This document shows positions 24,401 through 33,616 of a DNA stretch of 64,000 bases, in pieces; position 1 is the stretch's first letter, and every line of letters starts with the position of its first letter. The notes beneath the pieces were generated by a model. That model made no database searches and was not told where the DNA came from. It worked only from the letters and a program-made list of their open reading frames with translations. The stretch comes from a virus: positions 1-64,000 of IMG/VR virus record IMGVR_UViG_3300008952_000012. One strand, given 5' to 3'. The position numbers were made by a program, and so were the translations under genes.

Positions 24401-26284
24401 CCGGTAGATGAGTCCGGGAACATTTTGACGGACCTGAACAACTGGGAAGGAAGCGTCTTCGTTGAAGGCGAAGTCGCCCCAGCGGGAACAAACAAAACCA
24501 TAACGATTGATCAGGCAGGCACGTACACACTATTCGCAATGGCGTGTTGGGCGGATGGTACCCCAATCGTGGCCGCGAACACCCATCACGGGTTCGTGTT
24601 CTACCCAAGAGTCGTTGTGCGCCCCCACCCATACATGGGCCTGACGGAAGTGACGCTTACCAAGGACGGTGGGGACATAACGATCACAGCGAAGGGTGAC
24701 TACCATCACTGGCACTATACGGTGAACGAACTGTTTACCACCTCTCGCAACGGGGCGATGATCGACCCAGCCGAGGGGACGGAAGTGCTTAGCGGGGAAA
24801 CCGCCACGTTCACCCCCGACAAAAACGGTAAGTACGTTATCTATGTAGCTGCTGTTGATCACAGGCATAGGCTGGTCCCAGGTAGCCCAACGGCAGGGGT
24901 TGCGGCTGTACATGTCCGGCTTTTCTTGTGGGGAGACATTCCCACCATAGACCCCCCAAGCACGTACGACCCTCAGGCAATTGTCCTCCCGGGCGGCGTG
25001 TTCGCCCAGTACCCCGAGACGATTGACGCTGATGGGAAGTCAACGGGCCCGGTAACTGTAACGGATGTCGAGTTCAGCGCTGCGATTGGGTTTGCTAGCG
25101 TTCCGACGTTGACCGCAATGGCTGCGTACGGAGACTTCGGCTTCAGAAGTCTGATCATGCTTCACCAGTCTGTGGGAGCAGATTTCTTTAATAGCTCATC
25201 GGTGGACTTCAATGCTGATGTGGCGAATGGGTTTGTTACGACAGATAATTCCATTATGGAGGCAATGTCTGGGACTTTGGAGACAGGGATTGGAACAGGG
25301 ATTATGCACCTGGAAGAGGCGCTCGACTTCCCGGCAGCCTATGTGGGTTGGCGTTTAGATGAGATGTACAAAAACGGAGATGTTGACTTCCAAGCTTGGG
25401 ATCAGGTCGTAAACGGTGGCTCTATCCAGATCCCTTACCAAAATGAGGATACGGGGGAGACCGAGATCTATCATAACGTAGCTAACACCGTCCGTTGGCA
25501 GTACCACGTGACCAACCCCCTGACAAACCCAAGAGGGGGCGCTTTTTATGATCCACAGAGAACAGCCGAGAGTGACCTACGCAAAAAGTTAGCGGATGAC
25601 ATGGATAGTCCCTACACGAGTGCATACATGTACGAGACTCTCAACATGCCCGTAAAAACCTACGCGGCATCGGGCGCATGGAATGATAAGGCACGCATTG
25701 CACACTCCTGGTCAGATTTAAAATTAGACAGAGATCTCTCAGGTAGAGGGGCAAGGTACTGCCCTAAGCAAAAAATCGCCACCATCCCTGTAGACCCGTA
25801 CTTCGGAAACGGGCCGATAGAAGACGTAAATATTAGCTCTACAACAGGAGACAGAGAGAACCTGGATATTTCAAATCTCCCGTTTACTCACGGACCAATT
25901 GATTGGCATTGGGATATTGGGTTTTCCCACGCTTACACGTGGGCTTCCGTAGCGGGCTCTAGCATTGTGCACCGGGGTGACGTTCAGGACTGGGACACCT
26001 ACGTTTGTTACAAGGAGTGGATGGGAGTAGACCCCGACACACTGGTAACCCTCCCAATGGAGGAGCAGTCGCAGTTCATCCAAAGAGAGTGGGACTACGA
26101 GTGGAATGAAACCCCCGAGCTTCCGGCAACAGGGCAGCGACGAGATGAGTGGCTTTTCGTTGTTTATCTCGAAGCGGCGGTTCTTGGGTTAGAGCTTGAA
26201 ACGTCCGGGTGGGAGCCTCCAGCAGACGAGGTGGCCAGATACAGCGGCGTGAACGCAAGACATAAAGCCTTGGTTAAAAAATGA
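21479..26284 (+). CDS. Large acidic Ig/FN3/cadherin-like surface (virion appendage) protein, 1601 aa
   Basis: FN3 motifs (GFHIYRGG..Y.DRGL.AGTSY.Y, L.PDT.Y.Y), cadherin/Big-like modules (N.AP.A..., Y.P..E..G.D.FTF), DUF5011-like Ig (APEITITGDNP..YVDPGA..D.EDG). Confidence 0.8.
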   Translation: MATTAPRSLNLELFRTNFDDESDFGSVIAQVSKASLDLVWNGKFDPSVPSFWAVYLHMDGEPAKGYLPITALYPKLNHQGTAYTISWESQPKALYEELVAKGYTHATVAVRNPAGTYTGSNLVALAGDGGGAGRQCLPEGTFVSFDGEPNAGADGNPETEILLDWNYLLTDSDGDGAPDCPHDGFHIYRGGEQVGDVGSTVAEYLDRGLLAGTSYVYTLYAYNEDGQADNYASVEVATHAENEAPIATDTEEGWTQGQDAYTGSFVASDPDGDVLTYYVADAYVKDTDTGNVWGSVSYDTASPTFTITVTDATWYGSSYIDFTVSDPHNEHDDGRVTISMAEAVNEHPVASSSSETVNEDGSLDATAVASDPENGSLIYHVVSQPQNGSLANGIDGTGNYTYDPSAEWHGTDYFTFRVEDPEGNISNVAQVTITVVSVNDAPEITITGDNPYDVMFTDPGTYVDPGALWSDVEDGSGLTAVSGDIVNLANSGNYYIKYDYTDTDGAPADQETRTVRVNLGAVHDLAVSQNEGAPSQALDLNWSEPHTPTAGDPGYIAEANIIFKIYCQQSQSEEPIAIATTSPFIDTGDWLDGGLQPDTEYTYWITRHDTNGYYLQAQDGNTASGRTASQSTTPSPWYLSVLDGIPEPWHQCRLEWSPTVEETDITEFNLYQKKAEDTSWDLVYTVDVSDGIFPDDLNHLLSDLDPDTQYQFYVTAANSAGESVPSNTAEFTTSLVPTGVLTADTDEVGESAVVTVTGVIPNGWGYTTEDPGDETDVTQWPNVTLVTNGSMSDTAAYPAGSHEVWVAGIGYSDPTHHIQFETYSGISPDVTPEAAIAQDNVTLSCSVPHSGSNDWTSVFYAVDLVGWAGNPGDSLLGTSFINGLPDESGDFSVDVSMHPPGVYDVTFIGAYNEDGDQEQCGTQSSAITFHRYRGIDDILVQVTGHDGIPDNVNITVFGTGPDTPHGWRYSTSGPPVDESGNILTDLNNWEGSVFVEGEVAPAGTNKTITIDQAGTYTLFAMACWADGTPIVAANTHHGFVFYPRVVVRPHPYMGLTEVTLTKDGGDITITAKGDYHHWHYTVNELFTTSRNGAMIDPAEGTEVLSGETATFTPDKNGKYVIYVAAVDHRHRLVPGSPTAGVAAVHVRLFLWGDIPTIDPPSTYDPQAIVLPGGVFAQYPETIDADGKSTGPVTVTDVEFSAAIGFASVPTLTAMAAYGDFGFRSLIMLHQSVGADFFNSSSVDFNADVANGFVTTDNSIMEAMSGTLETGIGTGIMHLEEALDFPAAYVGWRLDEMYKNGDVDFQAWDQVVNGGSIQIPYQNEDTGETEIYHNVANTVRWQYHVTNPLTNPRGGAFYDPQRTAESDLRKKLADDMDSPYTSAYMYETLNMPVKTYAASGAWNDKARIAHSWSDLKLDRDLSGRGARYCPKQKIATIPVDPYFGNGPIEDVNISSTTGDRENLDISNLPFTHGPIDWHWDIGFSHAYTWASVAGSSIVHRGDVQDWDTYVCYKEWMGVDPDTLVTLPMEEQSQFIQREWDYEWNETPELPATGQRRDEWLFVVYLEAAVLGLELETSGWEPPADEVARYSGVNARHKALVKK

Positions 26285-26679
26285 ACATTAATAGAAACTC
26301 AACTGCGATTATTATCGCCCTAATAACTGGGCTGGCGGGGCTTGGAACGTCTATTGTCAACAGATGGACACCGAACGAGATGTCTGTCGCTCAGAGCGAG
26401 AAGATGGGCCGCAAGAGTTATAAGGCCACTAAGGCCTCTATCGAAAACGTGGCTGAGGATGTGGACGCCAACGCCAAGCGGCTGGACATCTTAGAGCACA
26501 CAATCATACTCCAGAATCGCACCATTCAGTTCCTAATGGCTGATGTTGGTGTTCATTCACCGAACGTACCGGCTGCCCCGAAACTCCCGGACGAGCCTGC
26601 TGGGCTCATGGAGAAGAGAACGCCTACGCGTGTGCGCGGTGCGCCACCTTCGTATGATGCAGCGCAGAAGGCACCATGA
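26281..26679 (+). CDS. TM + coiled-coil protein, possible inner-membrane spanin
   Basis: N-terminal TM, helical middle, Pro-rich tail; overlaps the lipoprotein gene by ATGA. Confidence 0.4.
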   Translation: MNINRNSTAIIIALITGLAGLGTSIVNRWTPNEMSVAQSEKMGRKSYKATKASIENVAEDVDANAKRLDILEHTIILQNRTIQFLMADVGVHSPNVPAAPKLPDEPAGLMEKRTPTRVRGAPPSYDAAQKAP

Positions 26680-26984
26680 TGAAGTATTTACTAGCAGTTA
26701 TCGCATTAGCGGCAGCCATCGCATGTATGGATGGTGGTGAGGGGGATCTACTCAATGACTCCTTCGAACGAACTACCGGCATCGGTGGTACGTGGCACGA
26801 CCGTTATATCGAAGACAATTGCAGCAGATGCCCCGATTGCTGTGTGGTTGAGGACTTCGGGAAGTACGATGATCCCAATTGGAAGCCCGAAGAGTACCCG
26901 TGCAGCGAGAGATCCCCACGGAGCAACTGCTTTGAAGAACCCGGTTGGGCGGACGCCTGGACGCCACCAGACGATGAGGAGTAA
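26676..26984 (+). CDS. Cys-rich lipoprotein, possible outer-membrane spanin
   Basis: MMKYLLAVIALAAAIA-C lipobox; further Cys residues. Confidence 0.45.
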   Translation: MMKYLLAVIALAAAIACMDGGEGDLLNDSFERTTGIGGTWHDRYIEDNCSRCPDCCVVEDFGKYDDPNWKPEEYPCSERSPRSNCFEEPGWADAWTPPDDEE

Positions 26985-26987
26985 TAG

Positions 26988-27275
26988 ATGATCAATGTAC
27001 AGCACTTAATCGGCATGCGCGAAGAGATGGAGGACATCTACCAGCGCGAAGCGTCAACCCTCAATAAGGTTGCCGTAAGCCTCTCTCAGCAGGGCTTTGA
27101 CCCGAAGACCATAAAAAAGATGAAGGCTACAGCCATGAAATCAGTGAAAGCGGGCCCACAGCAGGCATCGCCCGGACAGCAGCAACTGGCAGCTAAGCTT
27201 GAGGCTGCGGGGAGAAAGTTTAGAGAACAGCGGCAGATGAATCCAGCGCAGGCCCAACAGAGGGCAATGACCTAA
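26988..27275 (+). CDS. Hypothetical basic protein (KVA motif)
   Basis: GAGGAG RBS; LNKVAV followed by K/Q/A-rich tail. Confidence 0.6.
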   Translation: MINVQHLIGMREEMEDIYQREASTLNKVAVSLSQQGFDPKTIKKMKATAMKSVKAGPQQASPGQQQLAAKLEAAGRKFREQRQMNPAQAQQRAMT

Positions 27276-27306
27276 AGAGTTTTCTTCGGGTGCTTTCACC
27301 CACACC

Positions 27307-27333
27307 GTTTACAGTCATATTATTACTGTAAAC
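27307..27333. promoter_or_regulatory. Perfect 9-bp inverted repeat (operator or hairpin)
   Basis: GTTTACAGT-N9-ACTGTAAAC in the intergenic region before the hub operon. Confidence 0.45.
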
Positions 27334-27350
27334 AGATGTGAGGAGGGCAC

Positions 27351-27491
27351 ATGGCCGAAGTAGCGTTGGTGATAATAAGTTTAGGGTTAATATGTCTAGA
27401 TCATGTACTAACAGTTCACGAAATGAACAAGCAGCACGAGAAGCTTAAAAATACGATAGACTCAGAAATGAGACGTATTATTAAGAAGTAA
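27351..27491 (+). CDS. Small protein (46 aa), not in ORF track
   Basis: GAGGAGG RBS; MAEVALVIISLGLICLDHVLTVHEMNKQHEKLKNTIDSEMRRIIKK. Confidence 0.55.
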   Translation: MAEVALVIISLGLICLDHVLTVHEMNKQHEKLKNTIDSEMRRIIKK

Positions 27492-27504
27492 TAAAGGAGG
27501 TCAC

Positions 27505-29199
27505 ATGGGAAATTCAGTTGTTCTAGTAGAGCCAGACCCCTTTATCGGCGTTGGTAGAAAAGTAACCAGCTACATCCCCAACTACCGCCTCGACAGCGAA
27601 GACTTAGCAAAACAAAAAAGAGCGGCTGCTGACGGGAAAGACGGAAACATCTCTTTTGGGGATATCCAGTATGTGTCCAGGCCCTTAAATGGGATCGCCA
27701 CTAAACCGAACACCCATGCGTACATCCAGATTCTTAACGCTGATGCCCAAGTAATTAAGGTATTTAATCAGCTAGGCATGCCCGGAGGCGTGGGCCAGTC
27801 TGGCGACAGACAGAGCCCAGAGCACGGAGATCCGCCTATCCCGTTTGCGCAGTATGCAAAGAGACAAGAACACTCGCATTCATCTAATGCGAAGCGGGTG
27901 AATGCTGCCCCTGTAAACGGAACTGTGATTGGGGATGAAACCCCGTACGGAGACACGCGATTAACCACGCCTGGAATGGGCGTTGATGAGCAGGGGAACC
28001 CGCAATCACATGCGTGGACTGATTGGATTCTGAACGCCGTCCGGGAGATCAGGATGGAGAAGACACAGCTAGTTGAGACCTTCGGGGACAGCTACCTGTA
28101 CGCCTTTGGCGAAAAACCCCGTGTCCTTGGGTTCTCCGGTTTGTTGATGAATACGCTTGATTACAACTGGCGGGCCGTGTTTTGGGAGAACTGGGACAGG
28201 TACTTCCGCGCTACACGCCTGATTGAGATGGACGCCAGAATGTACATTAGCTGGGAGGACATCGTTGTAGAGGGGTACCCAATCCAGGCCGTAGCCCAGG
28301 AGTCTTCCGACAGCCCGAACGCACTATCGTTTACGTTCCAGTTCTACGTAACTAACTACTGGAACATGTCCATGGTTAACGTGAAGTCACTGGCGTCGGC
28401 CAAGAAGAAATACCACTTGGCCATGTCTCGGTCGATGTACCAGCACTCAAAGATGTTCGACTGGGAGATCAAGAGCGATCTCTTTTCGGTGTTCGATACG
28501 ATTCTGGGTAAGGGCGCTGCAAGCCACATGTTCCTACCATTCACAGAGCAAGGCGGGGCCTTCGGAAAGGAGACCCACGAGCTAAGTGAGATGGAGAAAC
28601 TTGGTCTGAGGAGCCTCAAAAAGGCTTCTGACGCTTTGACCAAGCTACCTTTCAAGCTCGCTACCCTGAAGGCAGCCAATATCACGGCCTTCTTAAACGC
28701 TACCCTGCTACAGCTTACTTTTGATGCCCTGAAAACAACGGGGTCCGTAGCAACCCAGGCAGCAGAAAAGGCGATGAAGGCTCAGCGTGGTGAGATTAAC
28801 GCTTGGTTTGGCTATCTAGGGGCCTTACTAGATACCGGCCTTCAGCGACATGCTGGCCGATGGGACGGGAACAAGGGCTCTTTTGACACCCACACCCTCT
28901 CCATGATGGGCGACTTGTTTAGACAAGGAAGCATCGACAGGCTTGTTCAGAGGATGTCGTACCAACTGGTGGGTCTTCTTGGCGTCGCCGGGAGGTACCG
29001 AGCTTCCACCACAGAGGTGGATATAACGCACGGAAGCAACATGAAGTACGGTGCTGCCCCAGGCGCTGCGGTTGTAATCCATCAGTCACCCGTGAACGCA
29101 AACAGCACTACAGATTTATCGATCATTACCAATGAAGCTATCGAAGGCACTGCTGACCAGGAAGGTTCAGCAGAGACCGGTGATGAGTTCGCGCTATAG
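27505..29199 (+). CDS. Tail/baseplate structural protein (tube-like fold candidate)
   Basis: Beta-rich core EKTQLVETFGDSYLYAFGEKPRVLGFSG...SFTFQFYV; immediately precedes the hub-like gene. Confidence 0.5.
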   Translation: MGNSVVLVEPDPFIGVGRKVTSYIPNYRLDSEDLAKQKRAAADGKDGNISFGDIQYVSRPLNGIATKPNTHAYIQILNADAQVIKVFNQLGMPGGVGQSGDRQSPEHGDPPIPFAQYAKRQEHSHSSNAKRVNAAPVNGTVIGDETPYGDTRLTTPGMGVDEQGNPQSHAWTDWILNAVREIRMEKTQLVETFGDSYLYAFGEKPRVLGFSGLLMNTLDYNWRAVFWENWDRYFRATRLIEMDARMYISWEDIVVEGYPIQAVAQESSDSPNALSFTFQFYVTNYWNMSMVNVKSLASAKKKYHLAMSRSMYQHSKMFDWEIKSDLFSVFDTILGKGAASHMFLPFTEQGGAFGKETHELSEMEKLGLRSLKKASDALTKLPFKLATLKAANITAFLNATLLQLTFDALKTTGSVATQAAEKAMKAQRGEINAWFGYLGALLDTGLQRHAGRWDGNKGSFDTHTLSMMGDLFRQGSIDRLVQRMSYQLVGLLGVAGRYRASTTEVDITHGSNMKYGAAPGAAVVIHQSPVNANSTTDLSIITNEAIEGTADQEGSAETGDEFAL

Positions 29200-29209
29200 G
29201 GGTTTTTGA

Positions 29210-32200
29210 ATGGGCAGTGGGAAAACACAGGTATATGGTCGCTACGTCGGCTTCCGCGTATTCATCGAGGGTATCGAGATAGATGTCATCGAGGGAACCG
29301 TCACGGGAGGCATTATGTCCCCGTGCACGGCCAATGTGACTATCCCCTTCAATGACTACGCGCACAAATTCTTGCCGAGATCGCTGGTTCATGTGTTTTT
29401 CATGGACTCAAAGTGGGAGGTCGGAGCAGAGGCCATTCGGAAGGAAGGCGAGGACGTTAGCCTGCCAGCCAAAGTTTTACACTATAACAAGTCCGGTGTT
29501 GCAGAGGCACAGGGTGCGGATGCCAAAAAACTTACCGAAACGGCTGCTCACCTAGTTGATAAGAACGACCCACTTAACTGGAAGCTCTTATTTGTTGGGG
29601 AGCTTATCGGGTACAAATATCAGAAGGTTGGCGCTATTCGCCAGATCGTTTTGATGTGTCAAGACATGACCTCATACCTGCAACAGGCCAAGTTGCACTG
29701 GGGCAGGCAAAACACCAGCCTTAGCAGCTATAAACAGGCCATCTTTGCTGGCGCAACCCAGCTTTATAGAGGGAAGAGTAGGGTTGATAGCTCTAGCGAT
29801 CTCGCAAAGCTTCTATCCGTGCGGTCGTCTATTATGCCACAAGTCCCTGGACTGCTCGGCGGACTCGTCGCCACCCTAGAGTCAGTAACTGGGGTCTTTG
29901 CTCCAGAAGCCACTAAGAAGTTTAGGGGCGTAAGCGATTTCATGAGTCAAGCCGAATTGAGGCTTCATCTGACTCGTATGATAGGCGCTTCCGAGAAAGA
30001 CGATACAACGGCTACGTTTATAAGTAGCAGATCGTTCAAAAGATACCTGAGAAAGCTCACAAAAGCCCAAAAGGGGACAGCTTCTTATTACGATCTAATG
30101 AACGTCATTCTTCAGAAGTGCTACCAGCAGTGGAACTCTGTACCAGCCCCTCCGTATATCGACAGCGGATCGATCAAGGTAGAGTGGCTAAAGAAGATAA
30201 GCGGGTTTAACTATAAGAACGACCCGTCAGTAAATCCGTTTTTTAAAGATGTAGACGCTGTGTATGAGGAGGTGTCGAAAAAACTCCTTACAGGCAAGAA
30301 AAGAAGGGCCCAAACCATCGCCACGTCTGGCAATACCACAGACGCCTCAAAGAGCATTAAGCTGACCTCCGATTTCATCCGCACAAAGCGTGAGGGCGAC
30401 GCAGAGAAAGTGGATACGCAGACCCACAAAGAAGTGGCAAAGTTCACCAAGAAAAGGCTGGGGACCGGAGGCAGCCACGGGACTCAGAGCGATATACGAG
30501 ATAAGGGGACCAAGATTTACCAAGACGCCGTTAAGGAGGCAGGTGGCAAGCCCGGTTCCAGGGGAGGCGTTGCGTCTGTAGGAAACTCGGCCAAGGTTAA
30601 AGCCGCCAGAAAGGTTAGTCAGGCATACCAGCTAGTTGCCGACGCAAAGGTTGATATTGACTCGTTGGAGGACAAGAAGGGGGATGACCACCCCCATCAC
30701 ACACAATCCGTGTATTACGGCATCAAGTCTAAGCTTGAGCAAGCCAGGGCGCTGTTAGCGAAATCAGCGGGTATTCGCTACGAGAAGAAGCACAAGTTTG
30801 AGAAGATTAACCCCCGACTCCACTGCTTCTTGTTTCACCCGGACCTATTTATGGTCCCCCCGCCCAAGTGCAATGTGCTTTTCCCGGACCACATCCAGTC
30901 GCTCACATTCAGCCGTGGCTGGATGAGTGAAATAACCAGGGTGTGGATGCACGGCAGGACTGAGTCAGGGAGGGCACGGAAGAACTGCTATTTCTCCCCA
31001 AACACAAGCATTCTTACCTCAAGCGATATGCTTTCTGAGACCGCAGTGAAGAAGGGCCATACTTTCATGATGCGGCACGAGCGGTATACGGGGATCAACT
31101 CTGTGATCGTAGGCCTTGGGGACAACGGAATATTCAAGAAAATCCACGTCAAGGGCTTAGCTAAGGCCAAGAAAGACGCCAGGGAGAAGTTCAAGGGGGA
31201 CAAGAGCCCCGAAGCAAAACAGAAGATCGAGGACGAGATCAGTATGTTTACTGGTCCGGCGCAGCACTCACCGCAAGCACACTTACAGCGTGCTGCGAAC
31301 TACATGTTTTGGGTCAACCGTTACTCATCAAGAGTTATTAGGGTGCATGCCCGATTCTCCCCACAGCTTGTTGTTGGGATGCCTTGTTTGATTTTAGACC
31401 CTATGCGGGGGAGCAAAAGCAGGTTCATACAGGACAAAACGACGGAGCTATTCAAGGCCGACACCAATGTGCGGGAAGTTCAGTCCATTATCCCAGAGAA
31501 CGCTGGGGAGGTCATAAAGACCACGACGCCTAAGGGGACTCACTTTGTTGGGACAATCGCGAGTCTCCAACATACGTACGCTGCCGATGGTGGGGCAAAC
31601 ACGCTGATTCAGCTTGTTAAATGCAGAGAACACAACGAAGCCCATGATGTTTTCAAGGATGACGACAACCCTAAAGACGGCAAGTTTGACACGAAGCGTG
31701 TAAAAAAGAAGCCGTGGAGACGGGAGATAAAGCCAAAGGGAACCGACCACTCAAGCGAAAACGGCTTATCAGCGACCGGGTCATTCCAAACAGGCACCTC
31801 AACACAGGGGAACCTAGAGGAAGACATGGATGCCATCATGGGCAACCAGAAGGTCAAGGGGCGAAAATACGTCGTAGAAGCGGTTCACGCCAAGGGCTCA
31901 ACAAAGCCGGTACCAAGCAAGCTCCTGTACGGCCAGACCCCTGAGGGCCACAGGTTTTCCCCGGGTGACAGAAGCGAAGGACGCGACGGAGTAGAGGTTA
32001 AGATCTTTCAGGTCGGGACATCTAAGGTGCCAAAGGATGTGAATTTCACGTTTGAGGCCATGGCCACACCACCCTGGTTCGCAGATATTTATCACGCCGC
32101 TAATATCGGCGCAGAATATTACCAGCCTATGATGGGGTGCCAGTCCGTGGTGGATGGCTCTCTTATAGATTTAGCGGACGGCGAAGAGTGGAAAAAGGGC

Positions 32201-32773
32201 CATACGCTTGAAGAGGTCGTTGAGTCGGAGGGGGAGGGGGAGCAGACGATTAAGCACGAGACGATCATACTCCCTATGCCAACAACTGATGGTAAGGGAA
32301 CCCGTGAGGTCCTCATACCTAAATCATTGATGGACCCGGTTATTACCACATCAGCCGCCGCAGAGGCGCTAGCGGAGCTATGGCTTGGGTTAAAAGAGAT
32401 TGGCGCTAATACTAATTTGTTTATAGACGCCTACAATGATAGAGCATACGCAACAATGATTGATATATTAGGCAACTTGAATAAGGACATTTTATTGAAG
32501 GTGCAGGATATGAACTCACCCAATATAACTTTGGGTGACACACCATTTGAGGGGTTCCATACATGGGCCGTTGGGAACCTGAAAGGCCTTTTAGATGGGG
32601 AGGGGACGCCTATATCGGGCGCTGATGAGCGCTTGATTAAAGCGGACCCAAGAACCAAGCCCAGAACGGTCGATGCTTCTGTTGACACGCGGGCAGACAA
32701 ATACGCAGCCGCCGCCTCATATTCTAGAGAATTACAGGCAGGGAAGCGTGGATATTCACCGGAGACTGCATAA
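29210..32773 (+). CDS. Baseplate hub-like protein (gp27/Mu gp44/VgrG-type N-terminus), 1187 aa
   Basis: RVFIEGIEI..TANVTIP..LPRSLVHVF..LLFVGELIG..IVLMCQDM pattern; later RFSPQLVVGMP..L motif. Confidence 0.65.
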   Translation: MGSGKTQVYGRYVGFRVFIEGIEIDVIEGTVTGGIMSPCTANVTIPFNDYAHKFLPRSLVHVFFMDSKWEVGAEAIRKEGEDVSLPAKVLHYNKSGVAEAQGADAKKLTETAAHLVDKNDPLNWKLLFVGELIGYKYQKVGAIRQIVLMCQDMTSYLQQAKLHWGRQNTSLSSYKQAIFAGATQLYRGKSRVDSSSDLAKLLSVRSSIMPQVPGLLGGLVATLESVTGVFAPEATKKFRGVSDFMSQAELRLHLTRMIGASEKDDTTATFISSRSFKRYLRKLTKAQKGTASYYDLMNVILQKCYQQWNSVPAPPYIDSGSIKVEWLKKISGFNYKNDPSVNPFFKDVDAVYEEVSKKLLTGKKRRAQTIATSGNTTDASKSIKLTSDFIRTKREGDAEKVDTQTHKEVAKFTKKRLGTGGSHGTQSDIRDKGTKIYQDAVKEAGGKPGSRGGVASVGNSAKVKAARKVSQAYQLVADAKVDIDSLEDKKGDDHPHHTQSVYYGIKSKLEQARALLAKSAGIRYEKKHKFEKINPRLHCFLFHPDLFMVPPPKCNVLFPDHIQSLTFSRGWMSEITRVWMHGRTESGRARKNCYFSPNTSILTSSDMLSETAVKKGHTFMMRHERYTGINSVIVGLGDNGIFKKIHVKGLAKAKKDAREKFKGDKSPEAKQKIEDEISMFTGPAQHSPQAHLQRAANYMFWVNRYSSRVIRVHARFSPQLVVGMPCLILDPMRGSKSRFIQDKTTELFKADTNVREVQSIIPENAGEVIKTTTPKGTHFVGTIASLQHTYAADGGANTLIQLVKCREHNEAHDVFKDDDNPKDGKFDTKRVKKKPWRREIKPKGTDHSSENGLSATGSFQTGTSTQGNLEEDMDAIMGNQKVKGRKYVVEAVHAKGSTKPVPSKLLYGQTPEGHRFSPGDRSEGRDGVEVKIFQVGTSKVPKDVNFTFEAMATPPWFADIYHAANIGAEYYQPMMGCQSVVDGSLIDLADGEEWKKGHTLEEVVESEGEGEQTIKHETIILPMPTTDGKGTREVLIPKSLMDPVITTSAAAEALAELWLGLKEIGANTNLFIDAYNDRAYATMIDILGNLNKDILLKVQDMNSPNITLGDTPFEGFHTWAVGNLKGLLDGEGTPISGADERLIKADPRTKPRTVDASVDTRADKYAAAASYSRELQAGKRGYSPETA

Positions 32774-32976
32774 TGAGTGATATTACCAGCGATACAGGCC
32801 CCTTCGAAAAGGAGCTAATTGGTGATAAAGTTCCGGAGTCTTCATTAGACATACAAGATGACTTGGGTAATGATGCCGAGATTGGAGAGGTGACATTTGG
32901 GAGAGGAGCTACTAAGAAGGTACTTCTCTGCACACAGGGTGTCACCTTGAAGAAACTAGTTGATATGTCCAAGTAG
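32773..32976 (+). CDS. Small hypothetical protein
   Basis: TAATG coupling to the hub gene. Confidence 0.55.
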   Translation: MSDITSDTGPFEKELIGDKVPESSLDIQDDLGNDAEIGEVTFGRGATKKVLLCTQGVTLKKLVDMSK

Positions 32977-33062
32977 GTAGTTCGTAATTGCTTTACTATG
33001 TTGCATAATAATCATGACGCTTTTAGGCTCTGCCGTGCCGAATTAACTGGAGGAAACCAACC

Positions 33063-33596
33063 ATGGAACAATTAAGTAAGTTGGCTGCCAAACAAAGGTT
33101 GGTTGCCGTTCTGGAACGGGAGTTCAGTGAAACTCCCGATTTTGATAAAGAAGCAAAAGCAAAAGCCTTTTTCGAGAATGTCGGGAAAGCGCTGTCTGGC
33201 TGGGGAAAGAAAGCCAAGGAAACCGCTAAAGGCGCTGTTGAGGGCGTCAAAAAGGAGGTTTCTGTGATGCGAGGCAAGCCCCAGGAGAAGCTCAAAGAAG
33301 AGGCGAAGCAAGGGCGGCTACTAAAAGTGCTTAAATCCAAGCCAAAGGCGCAGTCAAAGAAGCAAGCGAAAAAAATCCTCAGTCAGGACTCAGCCAAAAC
33401 TCTCGCTGACCGGAGCAAAGCTCTCGACAAGGCCGAAAAGGGCCCTTTGACCAAAAAACAAAAGCGTAAGCTGATGGTCATGGACAAACAAACTAGTCAC
33501 TCTAGAAAGAGGGCCGTCGCTGTAGGTGGTGGTGGCTTATTAGGTTTAGGAACTTTGGGACTGATGAGCAGTTCCGACAAAACAGAGCGGGCGTAG
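33063..33596 (+). CDS. Basic KxA-motif protein with C-terminal TM
   Basis: GGAGG RBS; SKLAA, DKEAK; C-terminal AVAVGGGGLLGLGTLGLM. Confidence 0.7.
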   Translation: MEQLSKLAAKQRLVAVLEREFSETPDFDKEAKAKAFFENVGKALSGWGKKAKETAKGAVEGVKKEVSVMRGKPQEKLKEEAKQGRLLKVLKSKPKAQSKKQAKKILSQDSAKTLADRSKALDKAEKGPLTKKQKRKLMVMDKQTSHSRKRAVAVGGGGLLGLGTLGLMSSSDKTERA

Positions 33597-33616
33597 CTCG
33601 TATTTATTAGGAGGTA

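Noticed and set aside
21010-33010. GTAATT or TATTTATTA as a late-promoter consensus
   Set aside because: Short AT-rich words with no consistent partner box or spacing; not distinguishable from background.
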